Source of the DNA: Candidatus Aenigmatarchaeota archaeon
GTDB taxonomy: Archaea; Aenigmatarchaeota; Aenigmatarchaeia; QMZP01; QMZT01
Length of the DNA: 43,626 nt
Assembly: GCA_011772645.1 (NCBI GenBank)
Contig: WVZE01000004.1
Location: 9,482 to 53,107 of the forward strand
Direction of reading: 5' to 3'
The translations under genes and the position numbers were made by a program. Positions 17,994-26,978 of this stretch are shown piece by piece; the first letter of the stretch is position 1, and each line of letters starts with the position of its first letter. The notes beneath the pieces are model-generated. The model did no database searches and had not been told where the DNA came from. It saw only the letters and a list, made by a program, of their open reading frames with translations.

Positions 17994-19526
17994 ATGCCTA
18001 GGAAGGCGAATAAGAGATTTAGTTCTGTGAAAAAATCAGGCTTTGATACCGGAAAATATCTGGAAGCGCAATCATCCGAAATCCTGAACAGGGTCAAGAG
18101 GTTCGATAAAAGGCTGTATCTTGAATTCGGGGGGAAGCTATGTTATGATTTTCATGCGGCAAGGGTCTTGCCGGGTTATGAGCCCGACACAAAGATAAAG
18201 CTGTTCAGAAAACTCAGCAATAACATGCAGATAATCTACTGCGTGAGCGCGAAGGACATACAGAGGGGTAAGATGAGGGGGGATTTTGGCTTGCCGTATG
18301 ACCAGCAGACATTGAAGGATATCAGAGACCTGAAGGACAAGGGTTTGAATGTCTCCTGCGTTGTGATAACCATTTACAACGGAGAAAGTTTAGCCGACAG
18401 GTTCAAAAGATATCTGGAAAACCTCGGGATTAAAGTCTATGTTTTCACAGAGATAAAAGGCTATCCGGATGATCTTGATTTGGTTGTCAGCGATAAGGGC
18501 TACGGAAGTCAGCCATACATAAAAATAGAAAAACCACTGGTTGTTGTTACCGGAGCTGGTGGAGGAAGCGGTAAGATGTTTTTGTGTCTGTCACAGATGT
18601 ATCACGATCACAAAAGAGGGATAAAATCCGGCTTCTCGAAATTTGAGACATTCCCCATATGGAACCTCCCTATTGATCATCCCGTTAACATAGCTTATGA
18701 GGCCTCAACAGCCGACCTTGGGGATTACAACATGGTTGACCCTTTTCATGAAAAGAAATACGGGACCACAGCAATAAACTACAACAGGGATATTGAGAAT
18801 TTCGAATTGATGAAAAACATTTTGGAAAGGATTCTCGGGAATGAGAAAATCCCTTACAACTCCCCCACAGATATGGGAGTTAACAAGGCGAAGATTGGAA
18901 TAATAAACGACAAAGTATGCAGGGAGGCCGGAAAACAAGAAATAATAAGGAGACATTTCAGGTATAAGGAAGAAATGATGTTGGGCATAGAAAGCAAGGA
19001 GACTGTCGAAAGAGCGAAGGAAATAATGGAGAAGTTAGGTTTGAAGCCAGAAAGAAGAAAGGTCGTTGTGCCAGCAAGAAAAGCTTCAGAGGAAGCCAGA
19101 AAGAAGGGCAAAGGTAATAAAGGTGTATTTTGCGGGGCGGCGATTGAACTGCCGAACGGGAGGATAGTTACAGGTAAGAATTCTCCTTTACTTCACGCGT
19201 CTTCTGCCGCTGTTCTTAACGCAATAAAGGTTCTGGCAGACATGCCTGATAATATCCATCTGATACAGCCCAATGTTCTTCAGGGCATAGATAAGCTGAA
19301 GACAAAAACCCTAGGCATGAAATCAGAAAGCCTTAACCTGGACGAAACCCTAATAGCATTATCAGCAAGCAGTTTGGCAAACTCCAAAGCAGAGAAGGCA
19401 ATAGGGGAGTTGGTGGAGCTTAAAGATTGTGAAATGCATATCACGCACATACCAACAAACGGGGATATGTCGGGGTTGAGAAAGATAGGTTTAAACGTGA
19501 CAAGCGATGCGATACTAACCAAATGA
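17994..19526 (+). CDS. DUF1846 (UPF0371) family protein
   Basis: LYLEFGGKL..DFHAARVLPG, TGAGGGSGK, KFETFPIWNLP, AYEASTAD, NYNRD and SPTDMGVN motifs. Confidence 0.9.
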   Translation: MPRKANKRFSSVKKSGFDTGKYLEAQSSEILNRVKRFDKRLYLEFGGKLCYDFHAARVLPGYEPDTKIKLFRKLSNNMQIIYCVSAKDIQRGKMRGDFGLPYDQQTLKDIRDLKDKGLNVSCVVITIYNGESLADRFKRYLENLGIKVYVFTEIKGYPDDLDLVVSDKGYGSQPYIKIEKPLVVVTGAGGGSGKMFLCLSQMYHDHKRGIKSGFSKFETFPIWNLPIDHPVNIAYEASTADLGDYNMVDPFHEKKYGTTAINYNRDIENFELMKNILERILGNEKIPYNSPTDMGVNKAKIGIINDKVCREAGKQEIIRRHFRYKEEMMLGIESKETVERAKEIMEKLGLKPERRKVVVPARKASEEARKKGKGNKGVFCGAAIELPNGRIVTGKNSPLLHASSAAVLNAIKVLADMPDNIHLIQPNVLQGIDKLKTKTLGMKSESLNLDETLIALSASSLANSKAEKAIGELVELKDCEMHITHIPTNGDMSGLRKIGLNVTSDAILTK

Positions 19527-19535
19527 GCTATTCAA

Positions 19536-20213
19536 CTATCCATACTCCTTGTTCAGCAGATCCCAGATCCTTTTCGCCTTTTCCTTCCCTATCCCTTCAA
19601 CCTTCATGAGTTTGTCCTCTTTCGCAGAAAAAACGCGTTTCGGGGTTTTGAACTTTTTCAGCAGATTTCTGCTCAACTTCGTGTTTATATGGGGCAATCC
19701 CGCTATCAGGAATTCCTGCCGGTCTCTAGTGCTGGCGGACTTTCTGGGACAGCGGATCGCTACGCCTCGCTTCTTCTTGGCCTGCTCCCTGTACGCGATC
19801 CAGTAGATCTGGTTCGCCGTTTCTTTCGCGTTCCTTGTCCAGATTATCGGGATCTTGTAATCTATGGCTAGCGATGCGAGAGCTCCTCTGATCATGTTGG
19901 GGTGGACGTTCCTCTCAAGAAAGAGCAGATCGGGGTTTCCCTCCAGGATCATCAAAGGCTTCTCGAAACAATCCGAGATCTCGCTGACCTGCTTGAAGAT
20001 CCTCTGGTCGATTATCGACTGGATAAAATCCGAGATGGTCTTCCTCTCCACGCAGACCCTGTCAGAACATATGTAATCCCCGGTTTTCAGTTGCTTCCTA
20101 ACGAGAAGGACATCAAATTCCCTGAGATTCCGGAATACGTGGTTTTTGGATTCCCTGTGGTCAACCACTATCTGAACCTTCCCGGCATCCAGAATTTTTT
20201 GGGATTTTACCAT
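19536..20213 (-). CDS. ERCC4/XPF-family structure-specific endonuclease with tandem HhH, no helicase domain
   Basis: VDHRE, GDY, ERKTISDF and VEGIGKEKA motifs. Start uncertain (20213 or 20240). Confidence 0.9.
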   Translation of the reverse strand: MVKSQKILDAGKVQIVVDHRESKNHVFRNLREFDVLLVRKQLKTGDYICSDRVCVERKTISDFIQSIIDQRIFKQVSEISDCFEKPLMILEGNPDLLFLERNVHPNMIRGALASLAIDYKIPIIWTRNAKETANQIYWIAYREQAKKKRGVAIRCPRKSASTRDRQEFLIAGLPHINTKLSRNLLKKFKTPKRVFSAKEDKLMKVEGIGKEKAKRIWDLLNKEYG

Positions 20214-20305
20214 TCGAATTAAATTAGGACAGGAATACATAAATTTTTGATCAGTAACCGAAGAATTTGGTTAAGTTTTTATACGGGCTTCCCGAAATAT
20301 ATATT

Positions 20306-20902
20306 ATGAATAATAAAGGAGCCATACAATTGAGTTTAGGGTTCATAGTGGCGGTTGTTTTCGCCGTTGTCCTTCTGAGCCTGGCGGTCACATGGTTGCA
20401 GGGAATAATAATAGGAATAGGGACCTTGACCGATGATCTCACCCAGAAGGCGCACGACACGCTATCGGAGACCTTCAACAGAAAAACAACCAACTTCGCC
20501 GTTTATCCCAAGGAATACAGGCTTGATCCGGGACGCGGAATCAAACTTTCAGTCGGCGTCAACAACGACGACAGGGACGGCCAGCCCCACAACTTTGTGA
20601 TACGCCTTTACCCAGCGATGGCGAGCAGTGACATAATAAGCACGTACGGATGCAGTTCATTCGCCGGATGCAGTTCCCTCAATGAAGACATGATAAGCTG
20701 GGTCACGTACTCCCACGAAACCTACAGGATACAGCCGAATACCTACAGGTTCTGGGACATGACCGTGACCTTTCCAAACAACATCGTGAAGGGGACTTAC
20801 CAGTACGACATAGTTTCATGCGAGGACATGGATTACAGCAACTGCGACAGGGCAACAACGAACTGGGGATCAACACTTTCGCTCACAATAACCGCTCAGT
20901 GA
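20306..20902 (+). CDS. Pilin-like protein with class III signal peptide
   Basis: MNNKG/AIQLSLGFIVAVVF; Ig-like beta-rich C-terminus with Cys pairs. Confidence 0.75.
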   Translation: MNNKGAIQLSLGFIVAVVFAVVLLSLAVTWLQGIIIGIGTLTDDLTQKAHDTLSETFNRKTTNFAVYPKEYRLDPGRGIKLSVGVNNDDRDGQPHNFVIRLYPAMASSDIISTYGCSSFAGCSSLNEDMISWVTYSHETYRIQPNTYRFWDMTVTFPNNIVKGTYQYDIVSCEDMDYSNCDRATTNWGSTLSLTITAQ

Positions 20903-20936
20903 TTGATTTTTATTCCCGGAAACCCATCTATTAATT

Positions 20937-21392
20937 ATGAACGTAGGGCTGGTTTTCGGGATAATCTTCGCAGCGATTGTAATAGGTTTTCTCCTCTTTT
21001 TCGGGTTCAAATACATAAATGAGATGTTCGAGGTAAACTGCGATGCGATACTCGGTGACCAGATCATAAAGCTCAGGGATCAGGTAGAAAAGACCTTCCA
21101 GCTGTCCCTGGGCTCCAGCCAGGAATTCATACTTAACATCCCCTCGTGCACAGAGAAGATGTGTTTTGTGGATTATGACGACCCCTCTTCCTACGGGAAC
21201 TGGGAAACCGACAACATCCTGACAAGAATGATAATTCAGAATAAGTACAGCTTGATAGTTTTCGACAGGGACAAGAACTTCGAAGGATACGAGATAGAGC
21301 GCCTGAAACCAAATTATAACTTTTGCGTTTCCTCGAGAAAAACGCTCCTGCTGAAGAACGAGGGGTCCTTTGTCAATGTTAAACCCAGTTGA
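20937..21392 (+). CDS. Pilin-like / single-TM protein
   Basis: N-terminal hydrophobic helix, amphipathic helix, then a Cys-containing head; lies inside the pilin-like cluster. Confidence 0.65.
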   Translation: MNVGLVFGIIFAAIVIGFLLFFGFKYINEMFEVNCDAILGDQIIKLRDQVEKTFQLSLGSSQEFILNIPSCTEKMCFVDYDDPSSYGNWETDNILTRMIIQNKYSLIVFDRDKNFEGYEIERLKPNYNFCVSSRKTLLLKNEGSFVNVKPS

Positions 21393-21404
21393 TCAGGTGT
21401 TAGA

Positions 21405-22454
21405 GTGCTTAGCGTGATGCAGATATTCAAGATAATTTTCGGGGTAATACTTTCAGCCTTTATACTGACGATACTTTTGAGATTCTCTCTGTCCTACGAA
21501 GAGATAGGGGAATCAAGCAGGGAAGTTGAAATTTTGATGGGGTTAAAGAAGACAATAGAGGATGTGTACACAACCGGAATATCAACGGATTTCGATCTGG
21601 GTTCCGAGGACCTGGTCAATTTCTATTCGCCTCCAAACCTTGTGACATCCGTTACGGACGTGAATCTCGATCCCGTCCCTACACTTTTCGTTCCCGGGGA
21701 AAGAATCTCGATACACAGGGGCGAATACGACCTGGGCTGGTGGAAGTTCTACTTTGTTCACGCCCTGCCTGAAATGAGGATAATTTTCGTACCGCTGGGC
21801 ACGTCTGAAACCGTCTGGAAGATCGCAGAGAACATAACGAAATACCTCCCTTCCACGGAGAACACAGACGCGAAAGTAAGGTTCGGGGTCGGCTGCAACG
21901 AGACAGGCGAGACTCAGACGTATCTTTTCCTCAACTGGGAAAGGGACTACTTCATCAGGACAGTGCTGACGTATTTGTTCGTGGAAGGTTACGAGTTCGT
22001 TCAGTGCAAGCCCATCGAGGGTTACAGGATTATAACGATCTCCGAAACCCCGGTGGATGCGGACTTCCAGGTAGTCCCGATTGACGATGATATGGGTTAC
22101 GTTTACGTGAGAGACATCCAGGAAGGTTCAAAGACCTATCTCTACAAGAACCCCCTGGACATTGTCTCCATTCTACTCGGAGGGAGCAAACTTTACGATT
22201 ACGAGAACGAGAGGTTCCTTAAGGAGTTGTCCATAGCGAGCTCGCTCGCTTCCAGGGAATCGAGTCTTCTCAGGATAAAGGCAAGAAACCCCGACTGCAA
22301 CATAATCTATTCAAGGTTCACACAGGTTCTTGGCTCGCTTAAAAGCGAAATCGAGGAGGGGAATTACAGGAACGAGGATGACATGAAAGAACTCAACAAA
22401 AGGATCAGGGAATCCTCCGGAATTTATCAGGAACTGGAGGAGATGGGATGCTGA
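21405..22454 (+). CDS. Large pilin-like / single-TM protein
   Basis: N-terminal hydrophobic helix; extracellular Cys residues; GGTG ribosome-binding-like sequence upstream; overlaps the next gene. Confidence 0.65.
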   Translation: MLSVMQIFKIIFGVILSAFILTILLRFSLSYEEIGESSREVEILMGLKKTIEDVYTTGISTDFDLGSEDLVNFYSPPNLVTSVTDVNLDPVPTLFVPGERISIHRGEYDLGWWKFYFVHALPEMRIIFVPLGTSETVWKIAENITKYLPSTENTDAKVRFGVGCNETGETQTYLFLNWERDYFIRTVLTYLFVEGYEFVQCKPIEGYRIITISETPVDADFQVVPIDDDMGYVYVRDIQEGSKTYLYKNPLDIVSILLGGSKLYDYENERFLKELSIASSLASRESSLLRIKARNPDCNIIYSRFTQVLGSLKSEIEEGNYRNEDDMKELNKRIRESSGIYQELEEMGC

Positions 22455-22921
22455 GGAAAGGGCAGATGCATTTAATGGAGTACGTGCTGTTGGCGTTCTT
22501 CATACTGATGGTGATATTTCTGATAATATTTTTCCTCATGGGATGGAACATAGGAACAACTTCATCAAGACAGCATGCATTACAACAGCAGAGGGCCACC
22601 TTCCTTTTGAAAACGTTTTCCAATTCCCCCTACCTGAATAAAGAGGGCTTCAAGGAAGGTGGGATGCTCGAGGATTCGAAGTTAACTGTTCTGGAATGCA
22701 GCGATCTTGAGGAACTGGTAGGAAGGGGAATTTTTGCGGAGGTCAAGATTATAGATTCCATAACCGAATGCGAGCAGGAAAACTACCCCAGGTGCGGGGT
22801 CTGGAAATTCTGCAGCCCCGGAAACAAACAATTCACGGCGTACGACACGCCCGTGAATGTCTACAGGACCCTAACTAGGGACGTTGAGATAGGCATATTG
22901 ACGGTGGGTTTTTATGAATAA
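22448..22921 (+). CDS. Pilin-like protein with class III signal peptide
   Basis: MLRKG/QMHLMEYVLLAFFIL. Confidence 0.8.
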   Translation: MLRKGQMHLMEYVLLAFFILMVIFLIIFFLMGWNIGTTSSRQHALQQQRATFLLKTFSNSPYLNKEGFKEGGMLEDSKLTVLECSDLEELVGRGIFAEVKIIDSITECEQENYPRCGVWKFCSPGNKQFTAYDTPVNVYRTLTRDVEIGILTVGFYE

Positions 22922-23423
22922 TCGAAAAGCTCAGGCCAGTCTGGTGATGATAGTCCTGATAATAATAATCTTTATAGGCGTTGGCCTGTTCCTCCTGATA
23001 TCCTCCCTGACAACAGAGGGAACCGAATACTACAACCTGTACACACACGACCTCCTGGTCTCTGTGATGAGGGTGAAAACAGGCTATAAGAATCCGTGCG
23101 AGACCGTTTCGGACACGCTTTACTGCGCGATGACGAGGGTGGAGAGGCAATGCAAATATTCGATGGACGAAACGATCAAAAAGGACTGCAGGGAGGTCGC
23201 GGACGAGGTAACGCCTGAAGTGATAAGGAAGGTATTGACAACTAAACCGAGCCTGGATTACTACATGATCATCCAGCCGGAGGATCCCGAACACCTAGGA
23301 GGGGAGATCATAACCTACGGGAACCCGGACGTCCAGAACAGGGGAAAAACCTGGACAGCGAACGAACGCGTGCTCCGCTACCAGACGAATCTCCAGATCC
23401 AGCTCATCCTGACGAGCATTTAA
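22914..23423 (+). CDS. Pilin-like protein with class III signal peptide
   Basis: MNNRKA/QASLVMIVLIII; four Cys. Confidence 0.8.
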   Translation: MNNRKAQASLVMIVLIIIIFIGVGLFLLISSLTTEGTEYYNLYTHDLLVSVMRVKTGYKNPCETVSDTLYCAMTRVERQCKYSMDETIKKDCREVADEVTPEVIRKVLTTKPSLDYYMIIQPEDPEHLGGEIITYGNPDVQNRGKTWTANERVLRYQTNLQIQLILTSI

Positions 23424-23467
23424 GGATAAAAAGTTTTGGAATATTATTTTAACCGTTAGGTGTTTTC

Positions 23468-24454
23468 ATGAGTAGATATGTGACCAGCTCACAAGCGACT
23501 AGATATACAGGAATGAGCAAGAGGTGGTTAAGAGATCGTCTGGACCCTGTAACTGACGATTTGGAAAATCAGATCAGAATCGGGAGAGAGATAGCCTATC
23601 ATACTCCCCATGTTAGACAACTGAAAATAGAACTTGATAAAGAAACAAAATCAAGGAAGAAAAAAACCCTAAGGCCGGAAGATCTAAGTCCTGAGAAAAG
23701 AAAAGAATTAGCGAAAGAAACGGTTAAATACTACGTTCTAGGCCAAATAAGAGGTGATGTTGAAGAAACTCGAAGAGATTCTGGTGATTTAATTAAAAAA
23801 ACCATGGGAGTAAATACTTCTTACACGGGAGATGGGGAAGTTGTAAAAAGCATTTCTCATTATCCACGAAAAGAGACAGAAGTTTCTGTTAAAGGATTGT
23901 CAAATCTATTTACCCAAGAAGAACTTTTAGATTCTGGAATTGCATCTTTGGATGCAAATGTAAAAATATTAAGAGCTAGAGGACCTAGGAAACTCAAGGA
24001 AAAATTAAGATCAATGTATGATGAGTTTTTAAAATTTTTCAATTGGAGCTATGCTTTGGATGAACTTCATTCTATCGATGATGAACAGCTTAGAGAGCAG
24101 GCAGTTAAATTTTTAAGAGAATATGACAAATTGGAAAGTGATAAATTAGGAAGCCGCCCTTTAATCTCCAAAGGAGGTAAATTGATACCTAAACACAGAA
24201 TGAGAATTGGTATTAGATATTTCTGGCCAATTCTCAAGGATGCCAAGAACAAAAGACTCGGAGAGAAGAGATTGGCTATGCATGCACGTATATTGATAGA
24301 AAGGTATATTACTGAAACACTTAAGCCAAAATCATTAAGAATAACATTAACTGAAGAATATGCAAAAATGGCTGAAGAAGTTGCCGTAGAAAGCCTTGAA
24401 AGTTTAGATTTATCCAAACTTGATGAAATGACCGAGCAACTACTTGTTGAATAA
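23468..24454 (+). CDS. Hypothetical protein with a possible N-terminal MerR/excisionase-like HTH; compositionally atypical
   Basis: YVTSSQATRYTGMSKRWLRD; AGGTG upstream; A/T-ending codons, unlike its neighbours. Confidence 0.6.
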   Translation: MSRYVTSSQATRYTGMSKRWLRDRLDPVTDDLENQIRIGREIAYHTPHVRQLKIELDKETKSRKKKTLRPEDLSPEKRKELAKETVKYYVLGQIRGDVEETRRDSGDLIKKTMGVNTSYTGDGEVVKSISHYPRKETEVSVKGLSNLFTQEELLDSGIASLDANVKILRARGPRKLKEKLRSMYDEFLKFFNWSYALDELHSIDDEQLREQAVKFLREYDKLESDKLGSRPLISKGGKLIPKHRMRIGIRYFWPILKDAKNKRLGEKRLAMHARILIERYITETLKPKSLRITLTEEYAKMAEEVAVESLESLDLSKLDEMTEQLLVE

Positions 24455-24483
24455 TATTTAAAGTTGGGTGAATATTTCTCATT

Positions 24484-25734
24484 ATGAAATCGATTTACAT
24501 CGAAACCTATGGATGCTCAGCGAACCAGTCTCATTCGGAGGTTATGGCAGGGATCCTGGAAGACAATGGTTTTTCGGTAACCGAACGTATCGAAAAAGCG
24601 GACGTGATCGTGATAAATACATGTATCGTGAAAACTCCGACAGAGAACAGGATCAGGGACAGGATAAGGTTCATTCGAAACAAATACCCCAGGAAGAAGC
24701 TCGTGATCGCCGGCTGCGCAACCGATGGCGAATATCGGATATTCAGAAAGCTCGCTCCCGATGCGGTTTTTCTTTCCTCCCACAATTCGAAAGATATCGC
24801 CGGCTTGCTTTCGAAGGAAACAAAGGAAACGAAAAGGAAGATCAGGATAAACCCTCTTGTGGGGATAACAGAGATCGCCTCCGGGTGTTTGGGGAAGTGT
24901 GCGTATTGTATAGTGAAGCTCGCCAGAGGGGATCTGAAATCCAAAAATCTGAAAGAAATAGAAAGGAGTATAAGGGATTCTCTGAAAGATGGATGCAAGG
25001 AAATCTGGATAACCTCCCAGGACTGCGGATGTTACGGTCTTGACATCGAAACCAACCTCGCGAAACTCCTAGAGGGGATAGTCAGGATAAAAGGGGATTT
25101 TCACATACGTGTGGGCATGATGAACCCCACGCACATCAAACCGATCCTGAAAGAACTTATCAGGGTTTACGAAAACCCGAAGATCTACAAGTTCATCCAC
25201 ATACCTGTCCAGTCAGGGTCCGACAAAGTTTTGGAAAAAATGAAAAGGGGTTACAAAACGAAGGATTTTGAAAGGATCGTGAACATGTTTCGGAGGAAAT
25301 TCCCCTCTATAACGCTCTCCACGGACATCATAGTGGGGTTCCCTGGGGAAACCGAAAAGGATTTCGGTAAGAGCCTGGATCTGATTAAAAGAATAAAACC
25401 AGACATTGTTAACATCTCGAAATTCTCCCCGAGGCCGAAGACAGCGGCTTCTAGGATGCGAAGGGTTGACAACAAGGTCGTGAAGGGAAGATCGAAATTA
25501 ATGGCCGAGATCGTGAAAGAAACAGGATTCGAAAGGAACAAAAAACTTATAGGAAACGAATGTCCTGTATTGGTCAACGAAAAGGGTAAGAGGAAGAACC
25601 AGTTCATGGGAAGAAATGAATCCTACAAGCCAGTGATACTAACGGACAGGAAGAACCTCATGGGCAAACTTCTAAGGGTGAGAATAACTTCTGCCGGAAG
25701 AACCTACCTGACCGGGGAGATTTTAGACCGGTAG
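24484..25734 (+). CDS. mtaB: tRNA t6A37 methylthiotransferase (archaeal MtaB/CDKAL1-type radical SAM enzyme)
   Basis: ETYGCSAN, INTC, AGC (UPF0004 domain); CLGKCAYC; RVGMMNP; HIPVQSGS; TDIIVGFPGET; C-terminal TRAM domain. Confidence 0.9.
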   Translation: MKSIYIETYGCSANQSHSEVMAGILEDNGFSVTERIEKADVIVINTCIVKTPTENRIRDRIRFIRNKYPRKKLVIAGCATDGEYRIFRKLAPDAVFLSSHNSKDIAGLLSKETKETKRKIRINPLVGITEIASGCLGKCAYCIVKLARGDLKSKNLKEIERSIRDSLKDGCKEIWITSQDCGCYGLDIETNLAKLLEGIVRIKGDFHIRVGMMNPTHIKPILKELIRVYENPKIYKFIHIPVQSGSDKVLEKMKRGYKTKDFERIVNMFRRKFPSITLSTDIIVGFPGETEKDFGKSLDLIKRIKPDIVNISKFSPRPKTAASRMRRVDNKVVKGRSKLMAEIVKETGFERNKKLIGNECPVLVNEKGKRKNQFMGRNESYKPVILTDRKNLMGKLLRVRITSAGRTYLTGEILDR

Positions 25735-26145
25735 GAAACCCATCGCCAGACCGATCAGGTAAGGAACCACGAAGAGCGTTAGCAGATAACCTATAACCCC
25801 CACGAGAATCGCATGGCTTATCGCGAGTTCCTTGAAAAAGAACTTTACAAGGATTATCCAGATCAGCACTGGCAGAATCACCGGCAGGAAAGGTATGAAC
25901 GAGGCGAAGGACGTCAAAAGACCGAATATCACCGGAAGGTTTATTATGTTTATGACCAAAACCAGGAGGAATGCGTTCACCGGCTTGACTTCCTCGGAGA
26001 AATGCTTGCCCACGATCTCCAGAAGGATGAGAAGAACTATCCCGCCTATGATGGTGGACAGTATAATGTTGATTGCAAGTGTTACCGGGTCTCCGAAACC
26101 AACTCCCAGATCGCTTACGAAATCAGTCAGAAAATCAACGGCCAT
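25723..26145 (-). CDS. Hypothetical membrane protein (about 4 TM)
   Basis: Strongly hydrophobic ORF filling the gap, convergent with mtaB. Confidence 0.7.
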   Translation of the reverse strand: MAVDFLTDFVSDLGVGFGDPVTLAINIILSTIIGGIVLLILLEIVGKHFSEEVKPVNAFLLVLVINIINLPVIFGLLTSFASFIPFLPVILPVLIWIILVKFFFKELAISHAILVGVIGYLLTLFVVPYLIGLAMGFLPV

Positions 26146-26178
26146 GTTAATAGTTTGGTGAAGGACATTTTTAAAGTT

Positions 26179-26949
26179 TTAAATTCCTTTCAGAAGTTCT
26201 AGAATCCTGTCATGAACCCTTCCGTTGCTTGCGAGAAAATCCTTACTTTCAGAATTAAATTCCTTCCCTTCGAAGTCCGTAACCCTCCCTCCGGCCTCCC
26301 TTACGAGCAGCGTTCCCGCGGCGACGTCGTAAGAATGAAAACCGCATGTCAGGTAACAGCCAACTCTCCCGGCAGCCACGAAAGCTATTTCCAGAGCTCC
26401 GGCCCTCATTTTGTTGAAATCGATAGGCAAAGGTTTAATCCTCCTGAAAACCTCTGTTATCCTCATCACGTTCCTATCATCGCTGTTGTGGCAGTAGGTG
26501 AGAAGCGTTTTCGATATGTCAAATTCTTTCGAGACGCGAATTCTCTTTCCGTTGAGATACGCTCCCCTTCCCTTTTCGGCATAAAACATCTCCTTCGTCG
26601 CAGGAGCGTGCACGACGCCCACTACCGGTTCGTTGCGTTTCATAAGGGCTATCGATACATCGAAGAAGGGGTTTTTAATGGAATAGTTGGTCGTCCCGTC
26701 AAGCGGGTCAACAACCCACATGTATACTGAATCCTTCATCTTCTTCCCGGACTCCTCGGAATATATACTGTAATGAGGGAAGCTTTTCCTGAGTATTGAA
26801 AGGATCCTTTTCTCTGATTTGAAATCCATCCCGGTTATGAGATCCCTCCCGGTTTTCATCCTTACCGTTTGAATGTCATGGAAACCCCTTTCAAGAATCT
26901 TTCCCGCTTCCTTCGCCGCTTTGATCGCGACGTCAAGTTCCTTTGGCAT
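26179..26949 (-). CDS. suhB: Inositol monophosphatase / FBPase family
   Basis: SEE, WVVDPLDGTTNY and YDVAAG motifs. Confidence 0.92.
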   Translation of the reverse strand: MPKELDVAIKAAKEAGKILERGFHDIQTVRMKTGRDLITGMDFKSEKRILSILRKSFPHYSIYSEESGKKMKDSVYMWVVDPLDGTTNYSIKNPFFDVSIALMKRNEPVVGVVHAPATKEMFYAEKGRGAYLNGKRIRVSKEFDISKTLLTYCHNSDDRNVMRITEVFRRIKPLPIDFNKMRAGALEIAFVAAGRVGCYLTCGFHSYDVAAGTLLVREAGGRVTDFEGKEFNSESKDFLASNGRVHDRILELLKGI

Positions 26950-26978
26950 AAAGAAGTATTTGGGGATTTAATTTAAAA

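Noticed and set aside
23424-24480. AAAGTT...GAATATT similarity on both flanks of the AT-rich orphan as att sites or a target-site duplication
   Set aside because: Short, gapped and low in complexity; equally explained by promoter-like AT-rich sequence.
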